Shown: piece after piece, positions 49,901-64,000 of the stretch | How the letters are laid out: each line of letters opens with the position of its first letter | Numbering within the stretch: position 1 is the stretch's first letter | The notes under the pieces: generated by a model | Seen by the model: the letters and a program-made list of their open reading frames with translations, nothing else | What the model was told of the DNA's origin: nothing | The model's database searches: none | Position numbers and translations under genes: made by a program | Origin: Catajapyx aquilonaris | Lineage: Eukaryota | NCBI GenBank assembly: GCA_000934665.2 | Contig: KZ538207.1 | Coordinates: 1 to 64,000, forward strand | DNA length: 64,000 nucleotides | Direction: 5' to 3'

Positions 49901-52900
49901 GTTTGAGTTCATTAATTCCCGGTACCGTCCCCTTGGCGTGGCCAGGTCTGCCCTAGGGACACACAAAAACTGGGCGGGCAAAAGAAGCGGAAGGAGGAAG
50001 TAGCTGGGGAAGGGGAGAAAGAGCAGAAGAAGAAGAAGCAAGAGGGCAGGTGGCACGTGCCACGGTCGCCAGCGGTTCAAGGGGAAAAGAAGTGGGAAAG
50101 ACAGGCCCCTAGGAGAAGGGTGGGCCCTGCCGCCGCCCACATGGCGCTTGTGCTGGGCCTAGGCTCCAGTTTCAAAAAAGGAAAGAAAAAAAAGAGAGGC
50201 CTTTTGGGATCAAGAGGACACATGCAATAGTGTCCGGAGCACCCATAAGAAGAGGCGAATACGCTTCCCAACCGACTGCACATGGCACACATACTGCACC
50301 CCTCCCGTCCCCGACTATTTTTGGGGGCCAAGAATTCGGCTCCCCAGACTCCCCATTCAAAAAACTGGGGTGCCTTCCTTTTCTTTTCCATTGGGCACAC
50401 GTTTTCTACACGGGTTCATCAGCCAGGAATTATTGGGAAGAAAAGATTGGGGGGGAAGACACACTTTGTAACAGTTGCATATGAAACAATCGAATTTTTC
50501 GCTACAATTGCTTCTTTAAAAAAAAGGCTAAAAAGGCCTCAATATTGTGACATCTGACACGGTAGTGTTTCAAAAGAGCATTTCTTATAGACCGCACTGT
50601 ACCCACCATTCCATAAGTGATCTGATTGGTGGAGCAGAGGTCCCCTGCCCTCTGCTCCACCAACCAGATCGCTTAGGGAATGGTGGGTACAGTGCGGTAC
50701 ATAAGAAATCCTATTTTGAAACCCTACTGTTAGATTGCTTATGGTGTCAGGAGGGGCAGAGGTCGCCGCCCATTTTTTGAGAAGTTATGGTGTGGGTACT
50801 GTACAGTGTGAGACAAACTTCCAGGTTGGCCTGTACATTTTTGGACATATGTAACTGACACTTACAAGTAGGGCACCTGCAAGTACTTGAACCGCCTCAT
50901 TGCGCTCACATTAATCCGTCTGCCAAGAAGCAGTTCCCAAACCCTCACAACTGGACCATGCCAGTTCTAATCCAAATTTTCCACATATGCTCCACAAAAT
51001 TTTCCATGTGGTTTTCCTCCATTTTCCACACTAAAAAAAAGGGGGCCAAGGATGACCGAGCCCAAAACCGGAAATGGTGATGTAGGGTGACTAAGAGAGG
51101 ACCTGGGCTCGATGTCAAAAAAGGAGGTTGTTGTTTGGGGGTTAAGGCAGGGTTGCATACGTGGGCATCTTTCCCACCTCATATACAAAACACCCCCCTC
51201 CTTGAAAGAAAAGAAAAGAAAGAAAGAAAAAAAAATGCCTGGTGGGCGCCCAGGTAAGGCTCGAGGAGGTTCAAGGCTAGCTGTTCGTCGGCCGCTGGCC
51301 TCAACACAAAACCCCAGCAGAAACGCACCCAGCCGGGAAGTTACACACTCCGAAACGAGTTTTCATGGAAATTGGATCAACTCCCGATTGACCATCAGCC
51401 ATGTTGGGGGCCGAATCTTCAAAAAACGGGAGCTTCCAATCTATATATTTTAAAATAAATAGCCTACTATAAAATGGGTCCAGGCTCACTACACTGCTAG
51501 TTTCAGATTTGACCCGCGGTTTAACATTTTCTGCATTTCAGAGCGAAACGTGTGGGACGGTCGGAATTCGGCGAGCATGAATAAAAAATTCGTTTCGAAA
51601 AAGTTTGCAGGCTTTGTTAAGGATCCCAACTCTCTCAAAATAAAGTATAGGCATAATTTCTTAGATGCCCTTTGAAATTAATCACTTGTAATAATTAGCC
51701 TATACAGGGCACATGGCAATCCCTGGGCAAGAGAGGTGTATACTGCCTCTAAATTAAAAAAATTATGGATTCCATCCCAATTTATAAAAGTTGCTTATTT
51801 ATTGTTACTCATATCAACGAGATATGCCATCAGCATGTTGGATTTGCGATAAAGACCTTTATAGATTGCTTTAATTCCCAATCACTTCCTTGCAGTACAG
51901 TGGCTCCATAAGCTACATTGTGGTCCGCATCTTAATAGTGTACAGAGCGCATTAATGCTCTTTATGTACATATTAAGATGCAGAGCCTGTTTTTAAAAAT
52001 CATATACAGTAGTTATGGCACAGATTCTTATTTTACTCGTCATCCACAATTACACCTTGATGTGACATAAGTATACAACATCCGGGCTGTCCTTGTATTC
52101 ATCATCATCACCATCACGACATTTCCCTTGTTTTAACACGGATTAATTTAATAAATTTTACTTACAATTGCGTATTTATTCGGTTCAACCTAATCCTCGT
52201 GGTGTTAACAGATGCTAAACTATACTGTCATGTGTAATTCAGGCTGCACATGTTACACGTCCGCTAATACGACCCCATGCCATCATTACACCAAAATTAC
52301 AACACAGCAAGCAGCATGTTGTATAATGTCAGTCCCCGGTATTTATTACAGTTAGCATATTTGTTCAAAGCGCCAGTCTCACATGATACAACTCACTCCG
52401 CACGTGTGCAAAAACGCCCATTTTCGCTCGCAAAAAAAAAATTACAGGTGCCAACCTTCAACCGCAGGCTACAGGTGTTGCAAGCGCAAATCGACCGGTG
52501 CCCCGCTCGCCCTTTTGCAAATTAATACCACACTTCCTGGTATTAGTTAAATTAGCCGCATGTCATCACTTTTTGGCGAGTCGAAAGCAGCGCTTTTTTT
52601 TTTTTAGATATATATTACAAACCAACCCCCAAGCAGCATTTTCCACCAACCGTAGGCTTTGTTACGGCTGCCTGCATAATCTACCACAACACCGTTAACT
52701 TTTGCAGCAACAATGACGTGTATGGAATCATGACCGCTTCCGCTTACTTCCTTACTGGTAGAATTCATCACGCTTTTTCAAGTCCCCTGAACTGGAGCAG
52801 TTGTTGCACCTAACCTTTTCTCTCCCCTCTTACCTGTTCAGGACACACACACAAAAAATAATAATAATCTGTAATAAGTGGAACCTATCATCTGGCAGAC

Positions 52901-55900
52901 GAGCATGCTCGCACCTGCCCTGTCTTGTCACTAACGCGATGCTGGCTTTACCTATTGCTAATACTCGAAGCATATACAGGGCACCCTTCTTCCCAAAAAC
53001 CCGACACCTTGCACCTGGCACACTGCTTTTCTACCCCAATTATTTATCCATCTGCCTCAACCCCCAGCCCGAATTGTTACAGAGGGGGCCCCGTGTCCAC
53101 AAAGCTTTAATATGCCGCGAACGTACTGGTTTTACACACGTGAGATCGAATTTTCGTGGTGATGGCACATGCTATAGCATCTGGCCTTTACAGTTGGAAC
53201 AGTTCCGTGCATGTAATACGGTATTGCTAATTAACAATTTTTGCAGATTAAAAAAAATTGTGTGTGTGTGAAATATTCCCCATTGCGTGCGAAGTATCTC
53301 GATGACATGATGACGTCGAGAGGACGACAAGCGAGCAAAATGGTACATAATGAATGGATGCAAGCTATAATGTCTCAGACGCACCTGGCTGGGCTCGTGG
53401 CAAGAAATTCGGATTAACCCGTCTCCCACCTTCTCCTAATGTTTTTTTTTTTTGTTACAATTTCCCCTCCTCAACAACCACAAGGAAGCACCTGCCTGCC
53501 CATAGTGCAAGCTACGGTCACTGATAACAGCTTTTTGAAGTGGGCGATTCAGGTAGGGTGTACGAATAAACCCAATTTTAGGCAGGGGGAGGGTTTGTCG
53601 ATCTTGGTGATCAGATTGTGATCATATGTGACCAAATCGCAATTTTAAATATGTGACTGCTAATTAATGGTACTTATTGCATCATGCAGTCCTATTTTTT
53701 TCTTCAAAATATAACAAATAATTTTTTTTTTTTAAATGACGGAACGGACTCCAAGCACAATAAATAGTGCAGCACAGTGTGCAAAAATTCATCACGTGAC
53801 ATTGATAGCATGCTATTTGGTGTTTGTACGACTTCACGGACTGATTCCTGGTCGCTATGTGAACGGGTGTACGTAAAACGCATGAATATGGAACAAGCAA
53901 GTAATGCGTGTCGACGTTATGAAATTTTTTTTTAATGGCTTAGGGAACATTATGTGGCTTTTGATTATAATGTGGGGGTGTAGGTTAGGTAGGTTCCCAT
54001 TGAGTCGGACAATTCGGTGCAGGGGGGGTGAACCGCCAGCTGGCAACGAGTGTCCTCTTACAGGATCCTGAAGTTTGCCCTCCTCTTCTACCCCCCCTCC
54101 AATGTCATCGGCTTCCCTTCTTGCTATTGAGAGCTCACCCTAAGGGATGGATGGTATACTGACGGTCTGCCAGCCGCCTGGAATGCAGCTGGCTCTTAGA
54201 TTCTCCCCCCCTTACCACCCTACCAACACACCCCCACATTGCCCTTCTCACCTAATTCGACTCACATACTGCCTTCAAGCCAACATTCACACACGCAGTG
54301 TCCAGCTGCCCACGCTATTCAGAAGGCACCTTTCAGATTTCAGCATGTTGGAGCTTGATCCCCTGAGTCACACCAATATGCAACCTCACATTAGCAAAAA
54401 TCTGACGCAACAAGTTCCATCCTGCTTTGGCAACGGTTCTTCAAAAAAAAAAAAAATCTTTGCCCTCACCCCCTCCTCATGAATGAAAAGCACAGAAGCA
54501 TTTGTTAGTTTTGTGGCAATGAAACAACTGGAAGGGGGGGGGGGGGGNAACTAACAGCAGGCCGGCGCAGACTCATTGACTCTACGACTCTATTTTTGGG
54601 TGTACCCCCCCCCCCCCACTCCCAGAACACCCCAATTCTCTTAAAAACTGAGACCCCTTCGCGTGCTTCGCTAACGGGCGGAAAACGAGGCCCTTCCCCA
54701 ACTGTCTCCACAAACTGGTCATAACCACTTATGCCACTATTGTTTCAAACCAGGTGGAAATTTTCCTATTTCAGGGGTAGGCATCATTCACGTTCAAGAT
54801 TCGGTAAGAGATAAGTCCTCCCCTTCAGTTTCATTCACGGGCCAGAACGGAACTTGACACGTAAGCCCCCTCTGGTAAAATCATAATAAATAATACCTCC
54901 CTAAAACTCCCCTAGGTTCGTATATGATTTTGGTGGAGGCAACACAAAGGCGGGTGGTGCTCACTATGGACGTCACGTCAACACCTTCCGGATGAGTACT
55001 TTATATCACCTATACATACAGTTTTTTTTTTTTTGTTGTCATCGTACGTCTCTCCCCCGCCATGTGTTTCCTAATCCATTCAAGTTTCAGTGGCCATGAG
55101 AGAGACTACAAGTAGTGTTGAGTTTCTTACTCCAAACAAACACTTAGAAGGGGCTCGGAAAAAAAAAGTGTGAGGGAGCGTTCTTGTTAGTTAAAACACC
55201 ATAAACTTGTATGGGGTTGGCTGTCATAACCGAGACCATTTATCACCGAATATTTTCTTTAGGGCCTAATTACTTTGCCAGCACACACCACTTGTTATAC
55301 TGTATTAGTACTGGTGTCAATTTATTACATAATGTATATCCTAAGAATCTTGCAACCCGTCGAGCTTGGCCAGTATTTATCAAAGCACTTTCCTATCTAA
55401 TCATTGGAAAATATTGCTTAACCTTTTACGCAATGGTTCACCCTCTGTAATGTCAACGTACCCATTTCGGGGCATCCGAAATGGACTGGTTCAGATCCGC
55501 ATATTTGGCCAGTGAAAGGCAATTGGACATGGTCATTGGAATCACGATCGGTTGGCCATTAATTATTTTTAACGATATCCTGATGTCCATTCAAGCCCGA
55601 CGGTTCTTCTTAATGGTTTCCTCAACTTCCATGTTGGTAGCAATAAGAATCAATGGGAAGCTCGTGCTCCATTCGACCGCTCAAGTCTCCGTGCAATGAT
55701 ATGTTTCCGTAGAATCCTCGTCAGACGCACAAAATGATGTGGAAGTTTGAATTTTATTCCGCTTCCGGTGTCGTCATGTAAACGTCTAGCGAAGACGACA
55801 CAGCCATAATGATTTATGCTTCCCGCCCTTCCTTTTAGCTATTTCAAGACTCAAGCCAGCAGCATCCGAGAATTGGGCTTGTGAGTCATGCATAAGTACA

Positions 55901-58900
55901 AGACAAGGGAAATCCTGCTTAGCTATTGCGGGTACGTTGGCCCTCTTCCCCCTTTACCAAAAAATGCACGGAGGGGATGTCCGGGAACGTGCCGACAATC
56001 ATGATGTTTCCACTCTCATCTCTTTTTCCACCAAACTTCCTAACGACTCCGTACCCACCAAGCTGTGAAACGGCCATTTTTATATGCCATTAGTAGCATT
56101 ATCCTCTTCTGGCCGTCTAATTGTCTTGGGGGATCTGGAGGCCATTTGCAGGGTACAGCTATACACATTAGTCAAAATGTATTCCTATACAAACCACCTT
56201 CCTGTCAGACCCTATACACTAAATAAAATCCAGCAACAATGTCCTGGTCAAAAAAAAAAAATCAACCAATTTTGACTAAAATTGCTACGTCAATTGAGTC
56301 TCAACTTAAGCAATTTTAGTCAGAATATGTGGAAATCCCTCATACATACATTGAGTGATTTTTTTTATCAGCATATTTCAAGAAGCTTTATCACCCTAAT
56401 TGAACTTTAAAAAGCTCAAAAGATAAATTTTTGGGCACAATCAATCATAATTAATTTCAGGTTCTAAAAGTTAACCTGCGGATGGCAGCCATATTGGATT
56501 CCGAACAATTCAGAAACGTTTGTAAAATATTTTTAGTCGTAATTTTACGCAGTTTTTTTTCGGACATTGTCATAAATTTTGGGCAAGTGGATGTTCCTAT
56601 GGGAGAAGAGAAGACCGGAATTACTTTTCTCCTAATAGGCTTATTCTCTCCCTCGGATGTTTGTTCGACCTGATAGTATCTCTCTCGCACTGAGAGTGGC
56701 AGGAGTGCGCAGAGGGAGTATGCCCCATCTACGCATGAAGATTAGTACTACATGGTAAATCGGCGGGTCTCATTCAAATCGTTTGATTGTAGGTTTTGCC
56801 AAATTTTGGCAATGAATTCGCTACTATTGCAATAAAGGAGTAAATGCACATACCGTTTTCCCCCCCTGACAATCCAAATATATGACACTTGTAATGTCGT
56901 ATTATGAAAGCACCGGGTGTCCCATCGTCTCTGCCTAACTTTCGCCACATCATGTACTTTTTTGCCCCCCTCACCCCCTCGCACGCGGCCATGTGGAGCC
57001 ACGCGCGCCTGAAGTCAAGCAAACAATACCAACAGGTTCTCCGCTACCCTTTCATATTTCTCCTTCATTGCCTTTCCTTGGGCATGCAGCCAGGGGTCTG
57101 CCATTGGTACAGCTCCCTTCTTTGATGGAAGACAGGTAAGGGCCTGCTGGGGAGGAGGTGGTGGTGGGGTTGGTAAGGTAGTAAGGGAGCGCTGCCCTCG
57201 CTCGTTCCACCTGGCCACCCCTGACTGCCACCGGCCGCAAGGACGCGCTTGGCAACTTCTGCACAAGCTCTCTTACATATATCGCACACACCCCCCTACC
57301 CATACACACACTTCTCCCACAGTTACTAGAAAAAGCGAGCGAAGAAAAGGAATGAAAAGAATGTCCGGTATATAATAGCACGTGCTGGTCGTACCCTGGA
57401 GGGGGGGTCGACCAACAATAGGAGTACCGGTACTTTTTTTTTAATGTGAAAAAGAATGGTAACAGGATTAACCCTTTTTGTGCCTGGAGCGAGTGTGGTA
57501 ATGTTGGAATGGGGAGGTGGTGATTTGCGGGTGGAAATATTACACGCCCCTGCTGGGTACACAACCCGGTGGTCAATAGGAATGCACGGGTTGCCTACTA
57601 TAGGATAAGTGGTTTGGTTACGCTTATTGCTGGTGCTGAAGCAACTAAGGCCCTATCGTGCCCATGCATGTGCCACATCCCTACTTAAATATGCATACGG
57701 GCCGAAAAAACCAACCTGCATTGCAGAACTTACACTTTCATGAATATTAACCCCCACATTTTAAAAAGCCTAACCGAAATAATTACACGCGTGCCGCGTC
57801 CTTTCTCCTTTACGATTGTAAGGTCACCCTGACCCTGGTCAGCAGCCTGGGCGGTCAGACGGAGCCAATCGTAACAATAAGTCCTACTTAGGAGGTTGGA
57901 TATACGTGACGGAAGGTAAAACGAGTGTGACGCATCTCTATTGTATAAGAGGGCACCCCCCCTCTCTTCTCAACCTGCCCCAAAGATAGGGGCCTGACAA
58001 GCAGAGTCACGGCCACTTTTATCTGCTTACTTCTTAGGACCATCACCGCTTTTTTTTCTCTCTCTACTTCTTCTTCTTCTCTTTCTGTAACCTTCCAGAC
58101 ACCGCCCTAGACCCATGGCTAGCTATACCCCCCAAATGGAATCCGTACTGCTGTCAACTCTCCCCATACCACCAGTCCAGGCAAACATCTTTTCTGGAGG
58201 TGAAGGGTGGGTAGCCTGACCTCCTCGGACCAAACTCCACTTTCCCACGGATAGACGACACTTTTATCACTTCAGGTGCCAACCACATCTCCAAACAAGC
58301 AGGTAGTTAGGAGCCAAAGAGCTTCAGGTTAGTTAAGAAAAAAAAAAATGTTTGTCCGATGCTGTAAAAATCACATCGGGTCTGTCTATTTCTGCCCTGA
58401 TTAGGAAACAAGCAATGTGCTCGTCCCAACTTCATAAGTAGATAAGTGGGTCATTTGCACATACATTACATGTTGATAATATGACGTAACAATTATTAGT
58501 TGCACCTATACCTTGTACCTTACAGCGATTTGCGGACAAGTGAAACGGGGAAACGCAAGACAATTCTTTAGCAGACCAGCACCTGGCGATTGCCTTACGT
58601 AAGTAAGCGACCACATGTCCGGATATGTGCGCAAGTTCAAGGATAACTAGACGGCCAAATGGTTGTACAGAAGGAAGGTAAAAAACTGAAAGTTGACGGC
58701 TTGCCCGCAACCTTGGTGAGGAAAGGAGGTAAAAAAAAAAGAAGTCCCAGACAACCTGCATACCAACCAAGGATATTTAAACCGCAATTTGGTCAACATG
58801 TCCCAATAACATCACCTTGCCCCACCCATCCACACATTAGAAAACCGCCGCCGTTTACCGTTACAGTTCTCAGGAATTTTAACTTTCCCAAAACAATTGA

Positions 58901-59287
58901 CGTCATGCCGGGCATTTCCCATGTGGAAGTGAAATCTGTCTTGTTCCGGGGGAGGACCTTCCCCGTTCTGTCAACTCTTAAATAACTCGCATATTTTGCA
59001 CTTTTAATGAATCTAGAAATGCCGAGACATTTTCACTCGACTCGCGATTTTCTCATTACACTCAACCACAATTCTATAGTCAAATTACACATTTTAAAAA
59101 ACTTATGTCAGTATGTATTGGAGGAAATAATTCAAATTAATCCGAATTAACCGGACATTCCTTGGGCTATCCCCAGATATACGACATTGCTGAACATCAC
59201 TGCGCAATGCCAGAAATTCATATTGGACTCACCAGCTATCCTGAAGATGGCCGAGACAACTAGCACCAAGGCGAGGGGTTGGTACAT
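40964..59287 (-). CDS. Spitz/Keren-like (TGF-alpha-type) EGFR ligand, 6 coding exons, ~223 aa
   Basis: Exons 59287-59233 (MYQPLALVLVVSAIFRIA signal), 46798-46627 (ESCSSRSTPKPR...CPPTYAAWYCLNGATCFTINIGDSILYNCE), 44175-44114 (CADGYMGQRCEFKDLDGSYL), 41770-41638 (ETASIASGATVAVLLVVVVSIASCIYIRRKRKE, transmembrane), 41573-41480 (ERRPFS) and 41119-40964 total 672 nt in frame. The six-cysteine EGF domain is complete. The last exon is less certain. Confidence 0.9.
42494..42713. other. Assembly gap (N run) between poly-C and poly-G tracts
   Basis: 220 Ns, intronic in the EGF-ligand gene. Confidence 1.
48571..48773. mobile_element. Foldback/MITE-like ~200-bp palindrome with essentially no loop
   Basis: attgggtaaaaagtacct...tcagattcaggca..GGTCGCGACC..tgcctgaatctga...aggtactttttacccaat. 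Confidence 0.75.
50559..50730. mobile_element. Hairpin MITE-like element (~170 bp)
   Basis: accgcactgtacccaccattcc..agatctg..ggtggagcagagg / cctctgctccacc..cagatc..ggaatggtgggtacagtgcggt. Confidence 0.7.
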
Positions 59288-60998
59288 TCTGGTACCGAAG
59301 GAGGATGGCCACCCGGCGGCTACCACTCTTCGGTGGCGTCTTCTCCCTGAAAAACACAGATCCCAAACTGTCAAACTTTACAAGAAAGAAAGAAAGAAAG
59401 GAAAAAAAAAATAGTCAAGGGCGATGACTTTATTAGGCGCCAAAAGACCCAATCAAGTGGAAGGACCACCCCCTCTCTTCAGGTGGGGGGACATGTACCA
59501 GGACACCCAAGTGTCCCCAATGGTACAATGTGTCTGCTCGTTGCATGCCAGGTCCTTTGTCAGGGACACGACCCCCCGGTCAGGTCATTCTCATTAGGGG
59601 TGGCTTTTCGCCCCTACTTCTTCAGACTGCTTAATTACGGGGGTCACCTCAATAACGTTGCCGATTGATTAGGGGTGTCAGCTATCAAAAGTGAAATATC
59701 GTCAGACATCGATTGATTACAGTATATCTTTATATAGGAGGAGAGGGATAAGCTGTGATTAATTCGGTTGAACTGACTCGAACGTGACCCATTCGCAGTA
59801 TTTCACTTACGGGCCACTTGCAGTAAGTGGCAATTTCGCAAAAAGGCGTGTCTCTTCACGATATGGGTCCACAGTAAGGTCAAATACTGATCATATCCGT
59901 ACAGCCGTGAGCTGAAACACACATTTCCAGAGACAAATATCACAGAAAGTGCTCTTATCAATGCCCTGATGACTTTTTCTCTAGCCAATCATGATATTAG
60001 ACAAACTGTCCTTCCGAAATCCAAAACAGTGTTAGACATTCAATTTCGATTGAAGGAAACATTGTCATGTAACTGACCCCCAAAAGTTGGTTCGCTCGAA
60101 GCGTTACAAACTGAACAAAACTTTTGGCTGAAACTGTACGTCACCAATGCGGGGGCGTCTGCTGGTATGCGCCCCGAAACCCCCGTCAGTGAAACGAACA
60201 ATATGCCCATAACTACCGGGGCAGAATGGAACTTGAAACGTGCCTCATCAGTACTTCTAAATTCCCACATGACGCAAACATGACGCATATTCTCCGCCAA
60301 CTGGTATCCCGTCCTCGTCCGCCATCATCATCTCTCTCCAGGTTTATTTTTCATGCAACCAAAGTGCAGCCTACGCGATTCGAATTAAATAACCCCAGGG
60401 GCCCCTATTACCGTTTAAAATAGGCGAACGTCCTTGCGCCCAATTCTTCTCACACCCCCGAGATGCACCCATACACCACTTGTAATTTCTCTAATAGGGA
60501 AATTGCCTCATATGGGACGCGTGCATGGCGCAAAAGAGGTGGAATATTTCATGATGAAGAGAGAGTCAGTGTGCTCTACTGCATGTATGTATGTATGCAC
60601 ACACACACACATGATAACTCTTCCTCGTTCGCCTTGCGGCCATATAGGCGGGGTGAAAAAGCCCACTTCCTTCCCCTCTGAGGGCAATCAGTTCCAGACT
60701 GGTGAACTCTCTTCCTCGCCATCTCTGTCTCCTCTCTGTAATTATTACGTCCCTATTTATAACCAGCGCGGTACACAACGGTGTAATGCTGTAAAAACGC
60801 GATTTTTTTTTTGCGGCTCGTTTTTTGAATGAGGCGCCATTTTGGGGCGGGGGGAGTTAAGGTTCATGAATTGCACGTGTGAGGACGCTCACATGCTCAG
60901 TAGGCCAATATCTGGCTTCTGCGCATATTGGACCAAATAACAGCTATTAGTATCACAGTCAGGAAACTGCCCTTATCGCGTGTCCTTATCGGTTCTCA

Positions 60999-61186
60999 CC
61001 TGTATGGAGTGGGGTTGCCGCTTCGGCGCTGGTGTAATCTCCAAGTCCCTGGCGGACGATTTTGCATGTAGCATCGTGCATCGATATTATATGACTCACG
61101 ATTCTAGTAAAGCCAGAATCGTCCGCCAGGGACTTGGGGATTACACAAGCGACAAGTCGGCAACCCCACTCGCACAGGTCTCCATA
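60999..61186. mobile_element. Inverted-repeat element (~190 bp)
   Basis: gagtggggttgccg..tgtaatc.ccaagtccctggcggacgatt / aatcgtccgccagggacttgg.gattaca..cggcaaccccactc. Confidence 0.65.
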
Positions 61187-63275
61187 AGGCTGGGGTAGGA
61201 GTGACAAGTTGTACACATTTCCACATACATTAACCATGATCACACATGTGTAGAAAGGCGTAACAGTTCTAGAAGTGGCCCATATTAGTTCCTGATCTAC
61301 GATGGCCGCCTCTGTGGTGCCTTGACAACACACCACTAACAACCAGTGTACACAAATCTTCGGTGGTGCAATTTTTGAGTACCATGTCTGCTTTGCTGCT
61401 GCCATGACGGGGTGTGGCCCAGGTTCCCAAAAAGCCCGCCTGTGCGGCGCTACTTAGGCAACGTGAGCTCCATACCTATAACCTGCTTCAGGTACTTTTC
61501 GGTCGGTTCCCACGCGGTCCTTTTCGGGGCGGGGTGCAAGCAAGAAGAGAAGAGAGGGGAGGGGGAGAGAGAGAAACCAGGAGGGGATATAGATGGATAG
61601 ATAGATGGATGGTGGAATGTCAACTGTGACGATATGGGTACAGGGGCGCCTGAGAAAGGAGGCCACAAGTGTACATACAAGCACGACAACGCCACCCAAG
61701 ATTCCGGTGTATTCATGTGCGTGTGTACCACCTTACATGCTATGTTACGTTGCAACAGTGACGCACGGTTCATTACTTAATCATATAGCACTTATTGAGA
61801 GTGACAGCTTGGACGAATTCATTCACCTTGTGTGTATAATCAAGCTACATATGCAAATATTTTGATACATGATTCATTAACCGTCCTCTTGACTAATCAT
61901 CTGCACCTTATTCGTTGGGGTACAAAAAGAATAATATTTCACTACCAAATGCGAAAAAAAAGAAGGAGGGAGGCTGAAGGCCTTATTTGTCATCGCAACC
62001 CACGGGGTCCTTTCGTTTATGAATACTTATCTTTTGTAGCAACATCATAAAGCGGTTTCGAAGCACAAATAGACCATTCCTAAACGCATTAGGCCAATGA
62101 CCCAGCGATGGACAATAGGAATTTCTTTTCGAGCCGTATAGGAGTAGGTGTAAGCTGTGGGACGATAGGCATAACCTTCTCGGCTGTTGCCTGGATATTA
62201 TATTCACCTTTTGGATCCCGGTATATATGAGAGACGAGGCCTGTAACGCTTCGCAACTTTGGAGGTTACAATGTTCAATAAAAGAATTTAAAAAAAGTCG
62301 TGAAAAAAAGCACTGCGTTGTCACGATTTCTGCTGCTGATATTGGGCGTAAAATGTGTGTAAAAAGTTACAGTACACCTCGTGTAATATTTATTATATTC
62401 ATATACTGCTTGACCTTCGCTTTTTTTTGTTCATAAGTGTTCGCTGCTGATATCATCTACATAAAACACGCATGATAATCGTGCGGATCTCTGAAGAACT
62501 TGCGTTCCGCTCAGTTTCGCGTTCCTGTGTGCAAAGCATCAGTCTCGGCATAATGAAAACCACCGAGATCACACAGCAAGAACGTGCCAAGCTCAATGTT
62601 CACGGACATACTTTAAATTTTTAATGTTACTACATAGGGTCGAGGACAGACACTGACTAACCTCTATTATGGGGCATTTAAATTTAATAATATGCAATGG
62701 CGGTACATACAGTTGGAATAATCATATACAGGTACAGTATTTCTGGGAAAATTATAATCGGATGATAACTCGATAAATAATAGCCTAACTCCCCACCCAG
62801 ATTTTTCGAATGAAATAATGAGCGTAAATTACATTATTTTCCTAATGCATAATTGCATTATCCACTAATCCTTACATAATTAGGCTATAAGTGATCGGTT
62901 TAACACCCGATTGGTCCATATTTGTGTAACTTTGTCAACAGAAATTAGGGACCGGTTGAATGAACGCAAATTAGGGAAAATCTTCGAGTTGTGTACATTC
63001 ATAATATCGTATGCATACAACCGGCTCCAATGGGAACGAATGCAAATTATACGGCTGATAATCGAAGATTTTCACTAATTTGACTTGTAGTTTATTATCG
63101 TAAAAATGCATACACAAATGTGGATTTCACCATCGTTCGCAACACATGTGAAACTTCCCATGTGACACCCCTGTGCGGGGCAAATGTGACATGGTCGTGA
63201 AGCAAATCCTGTTTGCTCCCGATATGATCCAGGAGGCAATCTAAGTGGGGCATCGCAACCCAAATCGCCACTCAC

Positions 63276-63534
63276 CTGACAAACGGGCGAGGTATCGGTA
63301 AATCCTACGACACGAATCAAGCACGCAGCATCCGCACCACCGTCCTACCTCCCCCACCGCCCTTTTAGCCAGGTGCCATCGGCAAGGTTCCGGAACAATC
63401 GTCTCACTGGAGGCTGACCCGGGGTCAGACAACCTGAGGCAACCTGAGCTACTACAACCGGCACAACCACCACCCTCATCGTCATCACCGTCACCAGCAT
63501 CCGAGTCAGGAACATGACCAATTCTCTCCCTCAT
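63276..63534 (-). CDS. Candidate upstream exon of the EGFR-ligand gene (coding extension or 5' UTR)
   Basis: ATG at 63534 in an AAAAAAATG context, open to a CAG|GTGAGT donor at 63276/63275 (phase 1). This is in frame with the ttttcag acceptor at 59347/59346, which runs on into MYQPL. Confidence 0.4.
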
Positions 63535-64000
63535 TTTTTTCACATGGTGCGCTGACCACACACGCACGACACATGCACTCCGGTCCACCTCCTCATGGTC
63601 CACTGTTCCACTTTTTCGGGTACAACCCCCAGCAGCAGGCACGACTCTACGAGGCCGCAGCCGCAGCTCGAATGATACGAGCCGCTCCGGCCACCTTCTC
63701 CTGACCCCACTCTGGCGGCGCCACCATCGCCGCCAGGGGGCTTCACACACTTTAAAAAAAAACAGCCGTCAGGGTCGGTCACTCAAGTGCTAAGCGGCAC
63801 GGGTCTCATTCTTCTCCACTCCCGATCCTTCCTTTTAACTTAACCCCTACTGTGCGGTGCAAAAAAAACACAACTTAAACTTTAAAGAAATCGGCGAGTC
63901 CAGTCAGGTTGACAAAATGGAGGGTAGGCACTAGACCGATTTTTTTCCGCCTTTTCCAGACTTTTTTTTTTACCACATGGGTGTTGATCGTCACGCCAGA

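Noticed and set aside
55480..55740. Possible decayed retroelement coding fragment
   Set aside because: Only a vague resemblance, with multiple stops and no diagnostic motif.

Overview
Eukaryotic genomic DNA, very probably arthropod: GT-AG introns, an assembly N-gap and many small DNA-transposon relics. Four spliced protein-coding genes can be rebuilt by hand, all on the minus strand. (1) A 7-exon class II xylose isomerase (10172-11883, 439 aa) with intact catalytic and metal-binding motifs. (2) A 16-exon, ~2346-aa ICE1-like gene (little elongation complex subunit 1; 13994-29648) with an N-terminal coiled coil, a 4.6-kb Ser/Pro-repeat exon and a helical C-terminal domain. (3) Directly upstream, a diverged 13-exon tandem paralog (31080-35558, ~522 aa). 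It keeps the coiled-coil half, carries a triplicated 90-bp exon, and stops ~31 codons into the homolog of the giant exon, so it lacks the C-terminal domain. (4) A Spitz/Keren-like EGFR ligand (40964-59287) with the CSSR and ASIASGA motifs and a possible in-frame upstream exon at 63.3-63.5 kb. Non-coding DNA holds many MITE or hairpin elements, a minisatellite with an internal inversion, a SINE-like fragment and a triplicated promoter-like cassette at 2.3-3.8 kb. The most intriguing signal is the full-length plus truncated ICE1 pair. Gene models rest on splice signals, frame continuity and remembered family motifs; no database search was run.
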